Source of the DNA: Candidatus Aldehydirespiratoraceae bacterium
GTDB lineage: Bacteria > Actinomycetota > Acidimicrobiia > Acidimicrobiales > Aldehydirespiratoraceae
Reading direction: 5' to 3'
Assembly: GCA_965204595.1 (NCBI GenBank)
Contig: CBDBEW010000014.1
Span: 405,034 to 469,033 of the forward strand
Length of the DNA: 64,000 nucleotides
Position numbers and translations under genes: made by a program. Positions 43,984 to 53,939 of this stretch are shown here, one piece after another. The notes beneath the pieces are model-generated. The model was given only the letters and a program-made list of their open reading frames with translations, was not told the DNA's origin and made no database searches. How positions within the stretch are numbered: position 1 is the stretch's first letter; each line of letters opens with the position of its first letter.

Positions 43984-44435
43984 GTTTGATCTAATGGTCC
44001 ACCGCAGTGTGGACATTCGTTATCAACTATTGCTGCGTTATTGACAAGTAAGAAGCAGTGAGGACATGAAATCTCATTCTCACCTTTGCCGATGGGCACC
44101 TCGGATTCACCAGCGATGGCGGTTCCTCTTGGTGTCACTGCATCGTCGTCATTATCGTCGTCTTCTTGGTCGTCGCCTGCGGCAATGCGTTCTTTTAAAA
44201 TGGCATCAAGGTCCGCTTCTATGTCTTCTTCGTCTTCTAAATCGTTTTCGTTCTCGTCATCGTCTTCGTCTTCGTCCTCTTCGTCTTCTTCATCGTCTTC
44301 GTCTTCTTCTGAATCTTCTTTGTCAAAAACGTCGTCATCGTGAGCATCTGCACGTTCCTCATCTTTGATGAACTCGTCCTCGTCTTCAGTGGCTGAGATT
44401 TTAAGTTCGTTATTTTTTGAAGTGGTTTTCTTCAC
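43980..44435 (-). CDS. hyper-acidic protein with a C-terminal zinc ribbon (DUF4193-like)
   Basis: Long D/E run (EDSEEDEDDEEDEEDEDEDDDENENDLEDEEDIE) followed by CPHCFLLVNNAAIVDNECPHCGG. Confidence 0.65.
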   Translation of the reverse strand: MKKTTSKNNELKISATEDEDEFIKDEERADAHDDDVFDKEDSEEDEDDEEDEEDEDEDDDENENDLEDEEDIEADLDAILKERIAAGDDQEDDDNDDDAVTPRGTAIAGESEVPIGKGENEISCPHCFLLVNNAAIVDNECPHCGGPLDQT

Positions 44436-44504
44436 TGCTCTTTCCTATTGATCCTGCTGGTACGCAGAGCGGCGCGTCATCACTATACTAAGCAGAAAAT
44501 TAGA

Positions 44505-46124
44505 TTAACCAAGGTCTCGTTTGTGCCGCTTTTTTGCAGTTAGGTTTTCCGCTGAAAGCCTTCCTAGCGCATCATCTTTGTCGTGGTTCACAAATTTCAT
44601 TGCTTCTGCTAATGCAATATGCCCAGCTTTGTCAGCGATTTGAGTATGCATTGCTTGGCAAACCAAACGATATGCCTCATGCCCTTGTGGTGTGGTGCGC
44701 AACTCAAGCATGTGGAGAGCCTCTCGAGCATTAAATTGCATTGAGTAACGGATACGATACGCCAAAGCTACTGCGTAACTTGCGCTCTCGGGAAACTCCT
44801 GTAATAGTGCGGCATACAGCGACTCTGAGCGCTGCATAGCACTATGGTATGTGTCGGCGTGTCCGGCGGCGGTTATGGTATCAGGGATCACATAACCGTG
44901 TCTAGCTGAAAGCGGCTGCCAATCAATCGTTAGCATGCGATGTCTTTGTAGGTCTCTAAAAGCACCGTAGTCAGACAACACGTCAAAGCGGTAACTTGTG
45001 CGTTCAAAGGCCCTGCCTGGACGGTGCCTACGGTTAGTTCTTTGCCCAACATAAGCTTTGATGACACTAATCCGTTCATCAACAGACATCTGCCGCACCC
45101 GCGCTTCAAGAAGGCGTTCTGAGAGAGAACTATGAGGATACAAACAGCCAATCACAACCTTCAGTTCGCCTTGTGGATCGTATTCAACCAAGTCGACAAT
45201 GGTCTTTTCTACCACTCCCCCAGTTTCATAGCCAAGTAATTCGTCACTTATGGCTTCAGTTGAGAGACGGGTATCACTAAGATAATCCCTCGCACGGTTT
45301 CCTCGCTCAGGTAAATCTACTCGCTTTAAAAATGAGGGGATGACTTTACGCAATTCTGTTAACATCATCTCTGCGTAGGTGCGCGCTTCTGGCAATGGAT
45401 GACTTCTCATTCGTAGCAAAAGTGCTTCGTATGCTTGCCCAGATCCGAAGATGCCCACGTTAGATAATGAAGCCGCGGGCAACAATCCACGAATAGCATC
45501 AAAGGCTTTGGCTTGGACTGCTAATCGATAAGCGAAATCGCTGTCGCCTGGTTTTTTAGGAACCGCTTCTCGAAAATAACTTTGCATCTTGGGGATGAGA
45601 GCAGAATAAATGTCGAAAATGCGATCTAGGTCCGCAACATAGCGAGTACCGAGAGGCGAACTCATCACCTTTGGGTCACGATAATAGCGGTAGCGCCCAC
45701 CAAGTCGTTGGTCATAAGCTATATAGCGAGTACTTTGCTCAAGGTAGGCCATCAAGCGACCCCATTCAAGCACCTTGGTAAGGATGTTGGATGCTTGTTC
45801 ACACGCCAGATGCACACCGCCAAGTTGTGCAACGCTGTCGTCTCCATACTCAAAGAAAACTCGGTCATATAGTTCCTCGGCGCGCTTCAGCCCCACGGTT
45901 GCATCTATGGTTTTGTCGCCTGACACATCTAGATCGCCAACAAATTCCTGCAAAAACAAGCGACGTAAGCTAAGCGGTGAGCGAGAATAACGGGCAAAGA
46001 GTGCGCCTTTTACCACCTCAGGCAGGTTCACCAACGCAAACACTGGTTGATCAAGGTTGGTGAAATAGCGCCGCAGAATGTCGGCTTCGTTAGCGGTGTA
46101 TTCCTCAGCAATATAAACCGTCAT
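44505..46124 (-). CDS. thyX: tandem-domain ThyX-like FAD-dependent thymidylate synthase homologue (539 aa)
   Basis: ThyX-type motif AFRDLQRHRMLT in the C-terminal half. Start set at the ATG at 46124 (MTVYIAEEY), which avoids overlap with the upstream gene. Confidence 0.6.
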   Translation of the reverse strand: MTVYIAEEYTANEADILRRYFTNLDQPVFALVNLPEVVKGALFARYSRSPLSLRRLFLQEFVGDLDVSGDKTIDATVGLKRAEELYDRVFFEYGDDSVAQLGGVHLACEQASNILTKVLEWGRLMAYLEQSTRYIAYDQRLGGRYRYYRDPKVMSSPLGTRYVADLDRIFDIYSALIPKMQSYFREAVPKKPGDSDFAYRLAVQAKAFDAIRGLLPAASLSNVGIFGSGQAYEALLLRMRSHPLPEARTYAEMMLTELRKVIPSFLKRVDLPERGNRARDYLSDTRLSTEAISDELLGYETGGVVEKTIVDLVEYDPQGELKVVIGCLYPHSSLSERLLEARVRQMSVDERISVIKAYVGQRTNRRHRPGRAFERTSYRFDVLSDYGAFRDLQRHRMLTIDWQPLSARHGYVIPDTITAAGHADTYHSAMQRSESLYAALLQEFPESASYAVALAYRIRYSMQFNAREALHMLELRTTPQGHEAYRLVCQAMHTQIADKAGHIALAEAMKFVNHDKDDALGRLSAENLTAKKRHKRDLG

Positions 46125-46135
46125 TGCGCCAGATT

Positions 46136-47311
46136 TTAGTTTCTTGCTGTGAATGAGTCGTGGATGGTAGCCAGTATTTCGGGTTGAGCCCAACAATCAA
46201 CTATAGTCATGGCCATATTTAATGCACCATCCAAGACTGCTTGGTCTGCGGCTTCAGAACGCGCCGCCACCGCAAATTCTGGTGTGTGAATAACTGTACC
46301 TTGCGGTGCTAACTTGATCATCGGGTGAATAGCTGGCACTTGTTGACTGACATTGCCCATGTCCGTGCTTCCAACAACCACCCTTGACTCATCTTGAGGG
46401 TGCACCACTCTGCCATTTGCTTCAGAGTTCTTAGTGTAAAGTTCAAGCAACACGTCATTGCTCAGCATGTGATGGTAGGGCGGGTCGTGCCAAACAGTTT
46501 GCATCTCACAACCCGCTGCGGTCGCTCCAGCTGCTAGGCAGGCATTAAAACGCTCCTTAAGGCAGGCTAAACTCTCAGTTGTTGTTGAGCGGACATACCA
46601 TTGCGAAGCAGCTTGACTTGGCACAATGTTGGGTTTATCTCCAGCTTGTGTGAAGATTCCATGAATTCGTTCGTCTGTCGCAATGTGTTGACGTAAGGCA
46701 GCAACAGCGTTATAGCCGAGAACGGCAGCATCTAAGGCATTACGACCTTCTTGAGGGTTTGCAGCGGCGTGGCTAGCTACTCCCCGATAAGTGATATCCA
46801 CTGATTCGCAAGCTAATACATGCATTGTTTCTATGTCGTGGTCGGCTGGATGAACCATCATCGCGCCCTCAACACCTCTAAAGGCACCTCGGCGAATCAT
46901 GAACTCCTTGCCGCCCCCTCCTTCTTCTGCTGGAGTACCGAGCACCACCACTTGCCCAGCCATAGCTTGCGCAACTTTAGCGGCTGCCAAACCAGCACCA
47001 AGCCCAGCAGCAGCAATCACATTGTGACCACAGGCATGGCCGATGGCAGGCAACGCATCATACTCACAACAAACAGCCAATGTGGGGCCAACGTTGCCTG
47101 CTCTAGCAGCGAACGCTGTTGGCAATCCATAAGCACCGCGTTCCACTTCAAGTCCCTGCTCTGCAAGTGTGTCGGTGAGTAGTTCATGGGCGTGATGTTC
47201 CTCAAATCCGAGTTCGGGATTGGCATGGATTGAATGAGAAATTTCAATGAGTTTGGAACTCAAGCGAGAAACTTCAGCGCGTACCAGCCGTTTGGCTAGA
47301 AAGACATCCAT
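46136..47311 (-). CDS. M20D-family amidohydrolase
   Basis: NPELGFEEH, HACGHNV and GTPAEEGGGGK motifs. Confidence 0.8.
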   Translation of the reverse strand: MDVFLAKRLVRAEVSRLSSKLIEISHSIHANPELGFEEHHAHELLTDTLAEQGLEVERGAYGLPTAFAARAGNVGPTLAVCCEYDALPAIGHACGHNVIAAAGLGAGLAAAKVAQAMAGQVVVLGTPAEEGGGGKEFMIRRGAFRGVEGAMMVHPADHDIETMHVLACESVDITYRGVASHAAANPQEGRNALDAAVLGYNAVAALRQHIATDERIHGIFTQAGDKPNIVPSQAASQWYVRSTTTESLACLKERFNACLAAGATAAGCEMQTVWHDPPYHHMLSNDVLLELYTKNSEANGRVVHPQDESRVVVGSTDMGNVSQQVPAIHPMIKLAPQGTVIHTPEFAVAARSEAADQAVLDGALNMAMTIVDCWAQPEILATIHDSFTARN

Positions 47312-47347
47312 CGTTTTATCCTAGAGGTACTTGCATAATCTCGGGTG

Positions 47348-47953
47348 TCAAACCCAAACGTCAAGTGCTGCGGGTTCCACCCGAATACTCAAACGTGTTG
47401 CCTTGCCGTGAGGTAGTCCATCAAGAGTTATCGACATGGGGTGGGGTAGGTCTAGTTGCGTTGCTTTGCTGCGGCGCACCTTAATGTCTCGATGTGGTAT
47501 GTGGCTCCCTGAACGCAGCCTCCTGAATGCTTTAACACGTTGAGAAAAGCCTAAGTTGCCCTCAATGATGTCGAGTAAGCCATCACCCGGATGAGCTCTT
47601 GGTGCTACATTGTGGGTGCCGATGAACGCGGCGTTAGCGGCAATCACCAATGGTCCATGCCACCACGAATTTCGTGCTACTAAATTAGCAAGAAACCAGA
47701 AAAGCCGTCCATCCACTAACACTGCTCCTAAATCAACTTGCAGGTGGGTACCATTGTTAGCTCGCAGACGTTTTTCATTATTATGTGCTCCTAGTGTTCG
47801 AGCCAAATCACCACCAAGCAAACACAGTTTAGGCAGAGTTTCTTTAGCGCGCTTAGCGTTATTTACCAGTTCGTTGGCTTGCGAGTCCGATCGCACAAAA
47901 TATGCATCGCTTGGCACTTCACCACTATCACCCACAAAGTTGATGGGGCTCAC
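47348..47953 (-). CDS. hypothetical protein, possibly a lipid-kinase (DAGK) C-terminal-like fold
   Basis: GDGLLDIIEG...ITLDG resembles the C-terminal half of YegS/BmrU-type kinases. GTGA overlap with the tatC stop. Confidence 0.4.
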   Translation of the reverse strand: MSPINFVGDSGEVPSDAYFVRSDSQANELVNNAKRAKETLPKLCLLGGDLARTLGAHNNEKRLRANNGTHLQVDLGAVLVDGRLFWFLANLVARNSWWHGPLVIAANAAFIGTHNVAPRAHPGDGLLDIIEGNLGFSQRVKAFRRLRSGSHIPHRDIKVRRSKATQLDLPHPMSITLDGLPHGKATRLSIRVEPAALDVWV

Positions 47954-48723
47954 GTTAGTTTCTTGGCTGTTTGTCGCTTGCGAAGTCGGCCATACAGTAT
48001 CGCTATCTCATAAAACAAATACATGGGAACAGACAATACACCCAAGGTAAAAGGGTCACCGCTCGGCGTGATCACCGCTACTAGAGCAACAATGCCCACC
48101 ACAGCGTAACGGCGACCCCGACGCAAAACCTTGTTGTCGACAAGCTCAAGTTCTTGCAAAAAGATCAGTGCTATCGGGAACTCAAAGCCAATCCCAAATG
48201 CAACAATCATTTTGATAACGAATCCAAGATACTCATTAGGTGAATACCATTCAACTAGGTCTTCGCCACCTACCTGAGACAAAAATTCTAGTGCTCGGGG
48301 GATACTCCAATATGCGAGCGCAGTGCCAGCAAAAAACAGTGTCACGCTACTAATCATGAAAGCCACCGCGTATCGTTTTTCATGAGAAAACAACCCTGGT
48401 GCGACAAAACGCCACGTTTGCCACAAAACTAGCGGCATAGCTAAAATGACTCCGCCGTAACCAGCAACAGACATTCGCACACTGAACGGCTCGAAGGGGT
48501 TACGCGCGTAGAGTTGGCAACCACTACCAAACACATCACTAGCAATACGGTCAGCTTCAGGTAAGGAACGACAATACGGTTCAAGCAAGAAGCCAAGTAT
48601 CCAGGGGTACAAAAACCAACAAATCACCACACCCACAGCAATCGCGCTAACGGAGATTATGAGCCGTTGCCGTAACTCTGTAAGGTGTTCCACAAGGGTC
48701 ATTGCAGACACTTGCGGGTTCAT
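47950..48723 (-). CDS. tatC: twin-arginine translocase subunit TatC
   Basis: MTLVEHLTELRQRLI N-terminus and six TM helices. ATGA overlap with tatA. Confidence 0.9.
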   Translation of the reverse strand: MNPQVSAMTLVEHLTELRQRLIISVSAIAVGVVICWFLYPWILGFLLEPYCRSLPEADRIASDVFGSGCQLYARNPFEPFSVRMSVAGYGGVILAMPLVLWQTWRFVAPGLFSHEKRYAVAFMISSVTLFFAGTALAYWSIPRALEFLSQVGGEDLVEWYSPNEYLGFVIKMIVAFGIGFEFPIALIFLQELELVDNKVLRRGRRYAVVGIVALVAVITPSGDPFTLGVLSVPMYLFYEIAILYGRLRKRQTAKKLT

Positions 48724-49004
48724 GAAGTCATGTGAGGGTGCTCTGTTGCGTTGGGAGGGGCGGTTTCGTTGCTATCGAGTGGTGGTTGTAACCGCGCACT
48801 TTTCGCTTTAGTTTCTGTCGTTGGTTCTTGCATTGGTTCTTGCATGGTTGCACGCATTTCGTCTTGAAAGCTCCGTGAGATGCGCTTGATTTCATTGATG
48901 GCTCGCCCGACTTGCCGAGCAGCAACAGGAAGCTTTTGTGGGCCGAGCACGATCAACGCCAACAACAAGACCACCACCACTTCCATCCCACCAATATTGC
49001 CCAT
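48720..49004 (-). CDS. tatA: twin-arginine translocase subunit TatA/E
   Basis: GGMEVVVVLLLALIVLGPQKLP TM-hinge motif followed by an amphipathic helix. Confidence 0.88.
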   Translation of the reverse strand: MGNIGGMEVVVVLLLALIVLGPQKLPVAARQVGRAINEIKRISRSFQDEMRATMQEPMQEPTTETKAKSARLQPPLDSNETAPPNATEHPHMTS

Positions 49005-49293
49005 ATCTTGAGGCTACCGAGGGGTGACCACACGCCCAACTATCGGGCTGCGATGACTATGGCACATCATTTCTAGGTAAAGAGGTTAGCGAGGTTCTTC
49101 ACTCATCACCACCGACAGTTCGGGTTCGGCGTACCGATAAGCGTAAGAGGGTTACTTCTTTAGTGATTTGTTGCAAAGCTACTGTGGTACACAGCAAGGC
49201 TAAAACTAGAGCGGCAGTGACCAACAAAAAACTCCACAACATACCGTCAGCCTATCGCAAATCCCCAAAAAGTAGTTCCCGGTGCGTGCCCGC

Positions 49294-49896
49294 TCAAAGA
49301 CCACCCAAGTCACTTAGCGGCCAGATTTTTACAAAGGCTCTACCCACGATGGTGTCAATGTTGATTGGGCCAAAAACACGCGAATCGGTGCTTGCTTGAC
49401 GGTTATCCCCCATCACAAAAACCATTCCTTCTGGCACCAAACAGGTGTCAGTCGCGGGTGGGTTGTTGGCACAGTCCATTAACTGCCCATCTGGGTATGT
49501 TGGGGCTTGAGCAACATATGGCTCATCTTGAAGAACACCATTCAGATACACGTTGCCGTCTTGGAAGCTCAGCAAGTCATCGGGCAAAGCAATGATGCGT
49601 TTTATGAAATCTTGTTCCCCACCTTGGGCGTTTGGTGGCTTAGAGAAAACCACCACATCACCTCTGCTAACCTCACCAAACCGATAGCTGAGTTTGTTCA
49701 CCAACACTCGATCGTCAATACGCAAAGTTGCATACATGGAACTAGATGGAATGTAATATGCCTGCACTACAAAGGATCTGATCACAAACGACAGCACGAA
49801 TGCCACCAACGCCACTATCAGCCATTCACTGAGTGTGCGGAAGAGACTGTGAGAGCGTGTGTTTTTTTGATCTGGGGTGTCTTCAAGCTCTTCCAC
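49294..49896 (-). CDS. lepB: signal peptidase I
   Basis: IPSSSMYATL (catalytic Ser box), KRIIALPDD and GDNRQASTDSR motifs. Confidence 0.88.
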   Translation of the reverse strand: MEELEDTPDQKNTRSHSLFRTLSEWLIVALVAFVLSFVIRSFVVQAYYIPSSSMYATLRIDDRVLVNKLSYRFGEVSRGDVVVFSKPPNAQGGEQDFIKRIIALPDDLLSFQDGNVYLNGVLQDEPYVAQAPTYPDGQLMDCANNPPATDTCLVPEGMVFVMGDNRQASTDSRVFGPINIDTIVGRAFVKIWPLSDLGGL

Positions 49897-49946
49897 AGAT
49901 TACTACGATACCGCCAAGTTGCGCTCGTTAGTGCCAGCAAGCGACA

Positions 49947-50903
49947 CTAACGATAACGGGCTAGCACTCTTCGCGCGGTTTGGCTTAGCAGTGAAGCACT
50001 AAGGGGTTCATCGATGTGGAGAATTTCTGCCCTAACACCTAGCTGTAGGAGTAATCGTTCAAGCCAACTCTGTGACAAAACAGTCAACGTTACGATCAAG
50101 GCACCGTTGCCGTCTTCGTTGGTTGACTCAGCTTGATACTGTTGAGCCACCCAACTGCAATCCTTTTGCAAACGAAGTACCACCTTAGGCTCGTTTCCGT
50201 GGGTGGTGAAGGCCGTGCGGGTGGTGCTGCTTGCTTTCCGTGTGACCTCATTGTTGGTCAGACGCAAAGCGTGAATGCGATCAAGTCGAAAGATGCGCTC
50301 TCCTTCAGCCAAACTACACCAAGCTTGGAGATACCAGTTGCCGTTGTCGCTAAACAGATCCAGGGGTTCTACCGTGCGCTTAGAAAGTTTATGGCGGCCA
50401 AAAGTGTAGTAATCGATTTCAACTTGTTGTTTGTTGGCTAGAGCTTTTTGTAGTGGAGCTAGGGTGTTTTGAGGTGTGCTGCCTAGTTGCACCTCGACCG
50501 CCTCTGTGGCAGCATCGCCTAGAGTCAATCGAAGTTTTGTTAAAGCTCGCACTAATGGGTTAGTTGCTTTTGTCAACGTGTAGCCTTCGCTTAACACAGA
50601 GGTGGCCGCGGTGAGCAAACGTGCGGCTTCACTTGACGTAAGTCGCAATGGACGCGAAAACCAATCAGCATAACTGATTTGCACTTCATCATCGGTGATG
50701 TCGACCTCAATCAAGGAGTCGGGCGTGAAAGGATGCACCCCCACGAAAAACAGCACTCCAGTTAGGTCTGCCACTAGCTGCTCTCGGGGGTAATCGAAAC
50801 GAGTAGCGATTTCATCTATTGGCGCACCTCGTTGATCCACCACCCACGGAATCACGGCCAAGAGACGGCTAAAGCGTTCCGCCGCGGTCATTTGTGTGTT
50901 CAT
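49947..50903 (-). CDS. pafC: WYL-domain transcriptional regulator PafC
   Basis: Second of two paralogous HTH-WYL genes directly downstream of pafA. ATGA overlap with pafB. Confidence 0.8.
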   Translation of the reverse strand: MNTQMTAAERFSRLLAVIPWVVDQRGAPIDEIATRFDYPREQLVADLTGVLFFVGVHPFTPDSLIEVDITDDEVQISYADWFSRPLRLTSSEAARLLTAATSVLSEGYTLTKATNPLVRALTKLRLTLGDAATEAVEVQLGSTPQNTLAPLQKALANKQQVEIDYYTFGRHKLSKRTVEPLDLFSDNGNWYLQAWCSLAEGERIFRLDRIHALRLTNNEVTRKASSTTRTAFTTHGNEPKVVLRLQKDCSWVAQQYQAESTNEDGNGALIVTLTVLSQSWLERLLLQLGVRAEILHIDEPLSASLLSQTARRVLARYR

Positions 50904-51793
50904 GTGAGTTCCTCAAGCCACTGCACTATTTTTTCGCGAACCGATTGAGGTTCTAGCACTTCAGCGTGTTCAAGGAATGTGAATAAAAAAGACCGAAACG
51001 CTTCAAAGTTTCGTACTTGCAGTGTCATCTCGGTTACAGAGCCATTTGCATTTATGTCTTGTCCGATTAGATATGCAAAGTACACTGCCTGCTCACTGTC
51101 CACCGCCACTTTCACCTCCACAGGTTCACCGTCGCCTAGCTCCCAACTACGAAGCTGGGCCGGGTTGGTTGGAGTGGTGCGTGGCTCGGTGGCCGCATCC
51201 AGCTTTTCAATGTCGGAGGTAATGCGGTCAACCCGGAACAAACGTTGATCTTGTTGTTGGCGATCCCAAGCTGCAAGATACCAGTGTCCGCGCGCAAAGG
51301 ATAATTGCCATGGTTCAACCTCGCGTCTAGTGTGGCGGTGCTGAAAACCAACAGCACTCTGTTCTGCCGCTGCGGTGATTAGCGCAGCTAGTTTGTCGCT
51401 AAAGGGGACCCGCCCAATCTCGCTTATCTCTAACCGCTCAGGTGTTCCACCAAGTTTAATCAAACCTTTTTGGGCACCTTCCACTGGTATTAACTGCTCC
51501 GCTAGGTGCAATGCAGCTAACTCATCGGGTTCGAAGTGGATCTCTTTGCCAACATATTCTGAACGTAAAATGCGGTAGCCGTCTATCGGTGGGTCGATAC
51601 CGGCTACGGGTAGGACACGCAAGGGTATACCTAAGCTACGCAGGTCGTCTTTATCCCGTTCAAAGGTGCGCCGAAAAGCTGCTTGTGTTTTAGGGTAACC
51701 CCCGATGCGTTTGCGTAGTTCCTCGGCTGACAGTACACGGTCGGTGTCTAATAGGGCGGCTGTCAGGTTTAAGAGGCGCTCAAGTTTGTCCAT
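50900..51793 (-). CDS. pafB: WYL-domain transcriptional regulator PafB
   Basis: MDKLERLLNLTAALLDT HTH N-terminus and a WYL-like GHWYLAAWD segment. Confidence 0.8.
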   Translation of the reverse strand: MDKLERLLNLTAALLDTDRVLSAEELRKRIGGYPKTQAAFRRTFERDKDDLRSLGIPLRVLPVAGIDPPIDGYRILRSEYVGKEIHFEPDELAALHLAEQLIPVEGAQKGLIKLGGTPERLEISEIGRVPFSDKLAALITAAAEQSAVGFQHRHTRREVEPWQLSFARGHWYLAAWDRQQQDQRLFRVDRITSDIEKLDAATEPRTTPTNPAQLRSWELGDGEPVEVKVAVDSEQAVYFAYLIGQDINANGSVTEMTLQVRNFEAFRSFLFTFLEHAEVLEPQSVREKIVQWLEELT

Positions 51794-51852
51794 CTGTTGA
51801 TGATCCTGTCTCGGCTCAGTAAAGACAATATTTTCTAGCTGTTGTTTTAGGT

Positions 51853-53211
51853 CTACAGGTTTGAGATTAGTTTGGCTACCCGGTCATCTTGCGCTTTGAA
51901 TGGATCTTTGCATAAGACCGTTCGTTGGGCTTGGTCGTTGATCTTCAAATGTACCCAATCAACCGTGTAGTCTCGTTTTCGTTGTTGAGCACGGCGCACA
52001 AACTCGCCACGAAGGTTCGCTCGTGTGGTTTTAGGCGGATTTTCAACAGCTTGAGAAATGTGTGAGTTGGTAATAATCCGTTCAACGAGACCTCGTTTTT
52101 GCAAGCGATAATACAACCCACGTTTAACAATGACATCATGGTATTGCAGGTCAAGCAAAGCTATTGTCGCAGCAGACAACTCTAGGTTGTGGCGGGTGCG
52201 GTAACCTTGGATTAGCTGGTACTTCATCACCCAATCAAGCTCTCGTTCTAGCTTCAATGGATCATCGGCAAGCTCGGTTATACAGTGCTCCCACATTTTC
52301 AACACCAACTTCTCTTCAGAGGTTAGCTCGTGGTGTTCGGCGAAACGCAAAGCTCGCTCTAGGTACTCACTTTGAATGTGAAGAGCGGACACTTCACGAC
52401 CATTAGCTAAACGCACTCTTCTCTTACAAGTAATGTCGTGGCTGATTTCGCGGATGGCACGAATTGGGTTCTCCAACGTCATATCACGAAGCACCACGTT
52501 TGGTTCTTCCAACATACGCAACATTAGCGCAGTTGTGCCAACCTTTAAAAATGTGCTATATTCGCTCATGTTGGAATCGCCCACGATCACATGCAGCCGT
52601 TTGTAACGTTCGGCATCAGCATGAGGTTCATCTCGAGTGTTGATGATTGGCCGAGAGCGAGTTGTCGCAGATGAAACACCATCCCAGATGTGTTCAGCCC
52701 GTTGGCTTATCGCATATTTAGCCCCCCGCGTGGTGCGTAACACTTTGCCGGCACCAGCAATGATTTGCCTACTCACCAAAAACGGAATCAATACTTGTAG
52801 GTACGAGGAAGGTTTGTCTTGGCGTGGCACGCAATAATTTTCGTGGCAACCATAACTGTTACCTGCGAAGTCTGTGTTGTTTTTGAACAGGTAGATGTTG
52901 CCGTGGATACCTTCAGCGGCTAGTTCGCCTTGTGCATTGACTAATAGTTGTTCTAATATGCGCTCACCAGCTTTGTCGTGGGCGATGAGGTCACCTAAGG
53001 CGTCACATTCAGGGGTTGCGTATTCCGGATGACTGCCAACATCAAGATAAAGTCTGGCACCATTCGCTAAAAAGACATTGCTAGAACGCCCCCATGAGAC
53101 CACTCGCCGAAACAAATAGCGAGCCACTTCATCTGGACTCAAACGCCGTTTCCCTCGCAAGGTGCAGGTGACACCGTATTCGTTTTCGATCCCCATTATT
53201 CGCCGTTGCAC
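51853..53211 (-). CDS. pafA: Pup-protein ligase PafA
   Basis: [16 protein letters not shown]...[26 protein letters not shown] is near-identical to the M. tuberculosis PafA N-terminus ([16 protein letters not shown], from memory). The GTG at 53211 gives 452 aa and removes the overlap with prcA. Confidence 0.93.
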   Translation of the reverse strand: MQRRIMGIENEYGVTCTLRGKRRLSPDEVARYLFRRVVSWGRSSNVFLANGARLYLDVGSHPEYATPECDALGDLIAHDKAGERILEQLLVNAQGELAAEGIHGNIYLFKNNTDFAGNSYGCHENYCVPRQDKPSSYLQVLIPFLVSRQIIAGAGKVLRTTRGAKYAISQRAEHIWDGVSSATTRSRPIINTRDEPHADAERYKRLHVIVGDSNMSEYSTFLKVGTTALMLRMLEEPNVVLRDMTLENPIRAIREISHDITCKRRVRLANGREVSALHIQSEYLERALRFAEHHELTSEEKLVLKMWEHCITELADDPLKLERELDWVMKYQLIQGYRTRHNLELSAATIALLDLQYHDVIVKRGLYYRLQKRGLVERIITNSHISQAVENPPKTTRANLRGEFVRRAQQRKRDYTVDWVHLKINDQAQRTVLCKDPFKAQDDRVAKLISNL

Positions 53212-53245
53212 AGACAAGAACCTTGCTCTTAGGTTGTTGGTTAGT

Positions 53246-53926
53246 TCACTCGGTGAGTAGACGGGTTGTTTCGGTGTTGTCGATTCGCCGAAACGCCCGT
53301 CTGCCAATACCTCTTTGCAGCACCGCGATTTCTAGGTCGTCAGGACCTAAAGAACGGTCAGGTCCACTTAGCGCAGCAACGGCACGTTTAAGTCCATCGC
53401 TAAGTTCAACCACCTCAGTAAATTCGCCAAAACGTTCTGAGATGGCCTCTGTTTCACCACCGAGCACAACGTAAAAATCTTCATCAACTACCGTGCCGTC
53501 ATAGAGTATGTGAAACATTTGGTCAGAGCTGCCGTCTTCTGAGCCGATTTCAGCAACCAATATTTCCACTTCCATTGGTTTCATTTCGTGAGTGAAGATT
53601 TGCCCTAAGATTTGAGCGTATTGGTTGGCTAAGCTGCGCGCTTCAACATCGCCACGGCTAAAAGTGTAGCCTTTGAGGTCGGCGTGGCGTATGCCAGCTA
53701 CCCGCAACTGGTCAAATTCAATGTATTTGCCAACACCGGCAAAAGCCATGCGGTCATAGATTTCGCTGACCTTATGCAGAGTCGCAGATTTATTTTCAGC
53801 GCAAATGGCGATGCCTTCTAAGAAGCGGAAAGCAATCAGGCTACGGCCTCGTGCAATACCTTTGCGAGCATAAAACGCACGGTCTTTCATTACTTGCTCA
53901 GGTGCCACATAATAGGGTGTGTTCAT
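53246..53926 (-). CDS. prcA: proteasome alpha subunit
   Basis: [30 protein letters not shown]-terminus, typical of actinobacterial PrcA. Confidence 0.92.
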   Translation of the reverse strand: MNTPYYVAPEQVMKDRAFYARKGIARGRSLIAFRFLEGIAICAENKSATLHKVSEIYDRMAFAGVGKYIEFDQLRVAGIRHADLKGYTFSRGDVEARSLANQYAQILGQIFTHEMKPMEVEILVAEIGSEDGSSDQMFHILYDGTVVDEDFYVVLGGETEAISERFGEFTEVVELSDGLKRAVAALSGPDRSLGPDDLEIAVLQRGIGRRAFRRIDNTETTRLLTE

Positions 53927-53939
53927 GTCGTTTACCTCA

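Noticed and set aside
44066-44368. 100-aa and 85-aa + strand ORFs rich in Ser/Leu/Arg ([12 protein letters not shown]...).
   Set aside because: They are mirror images of the GAA/GAC-rich acidic run of the - strand zinc-ribbon gene and are a low-complexity artefact.
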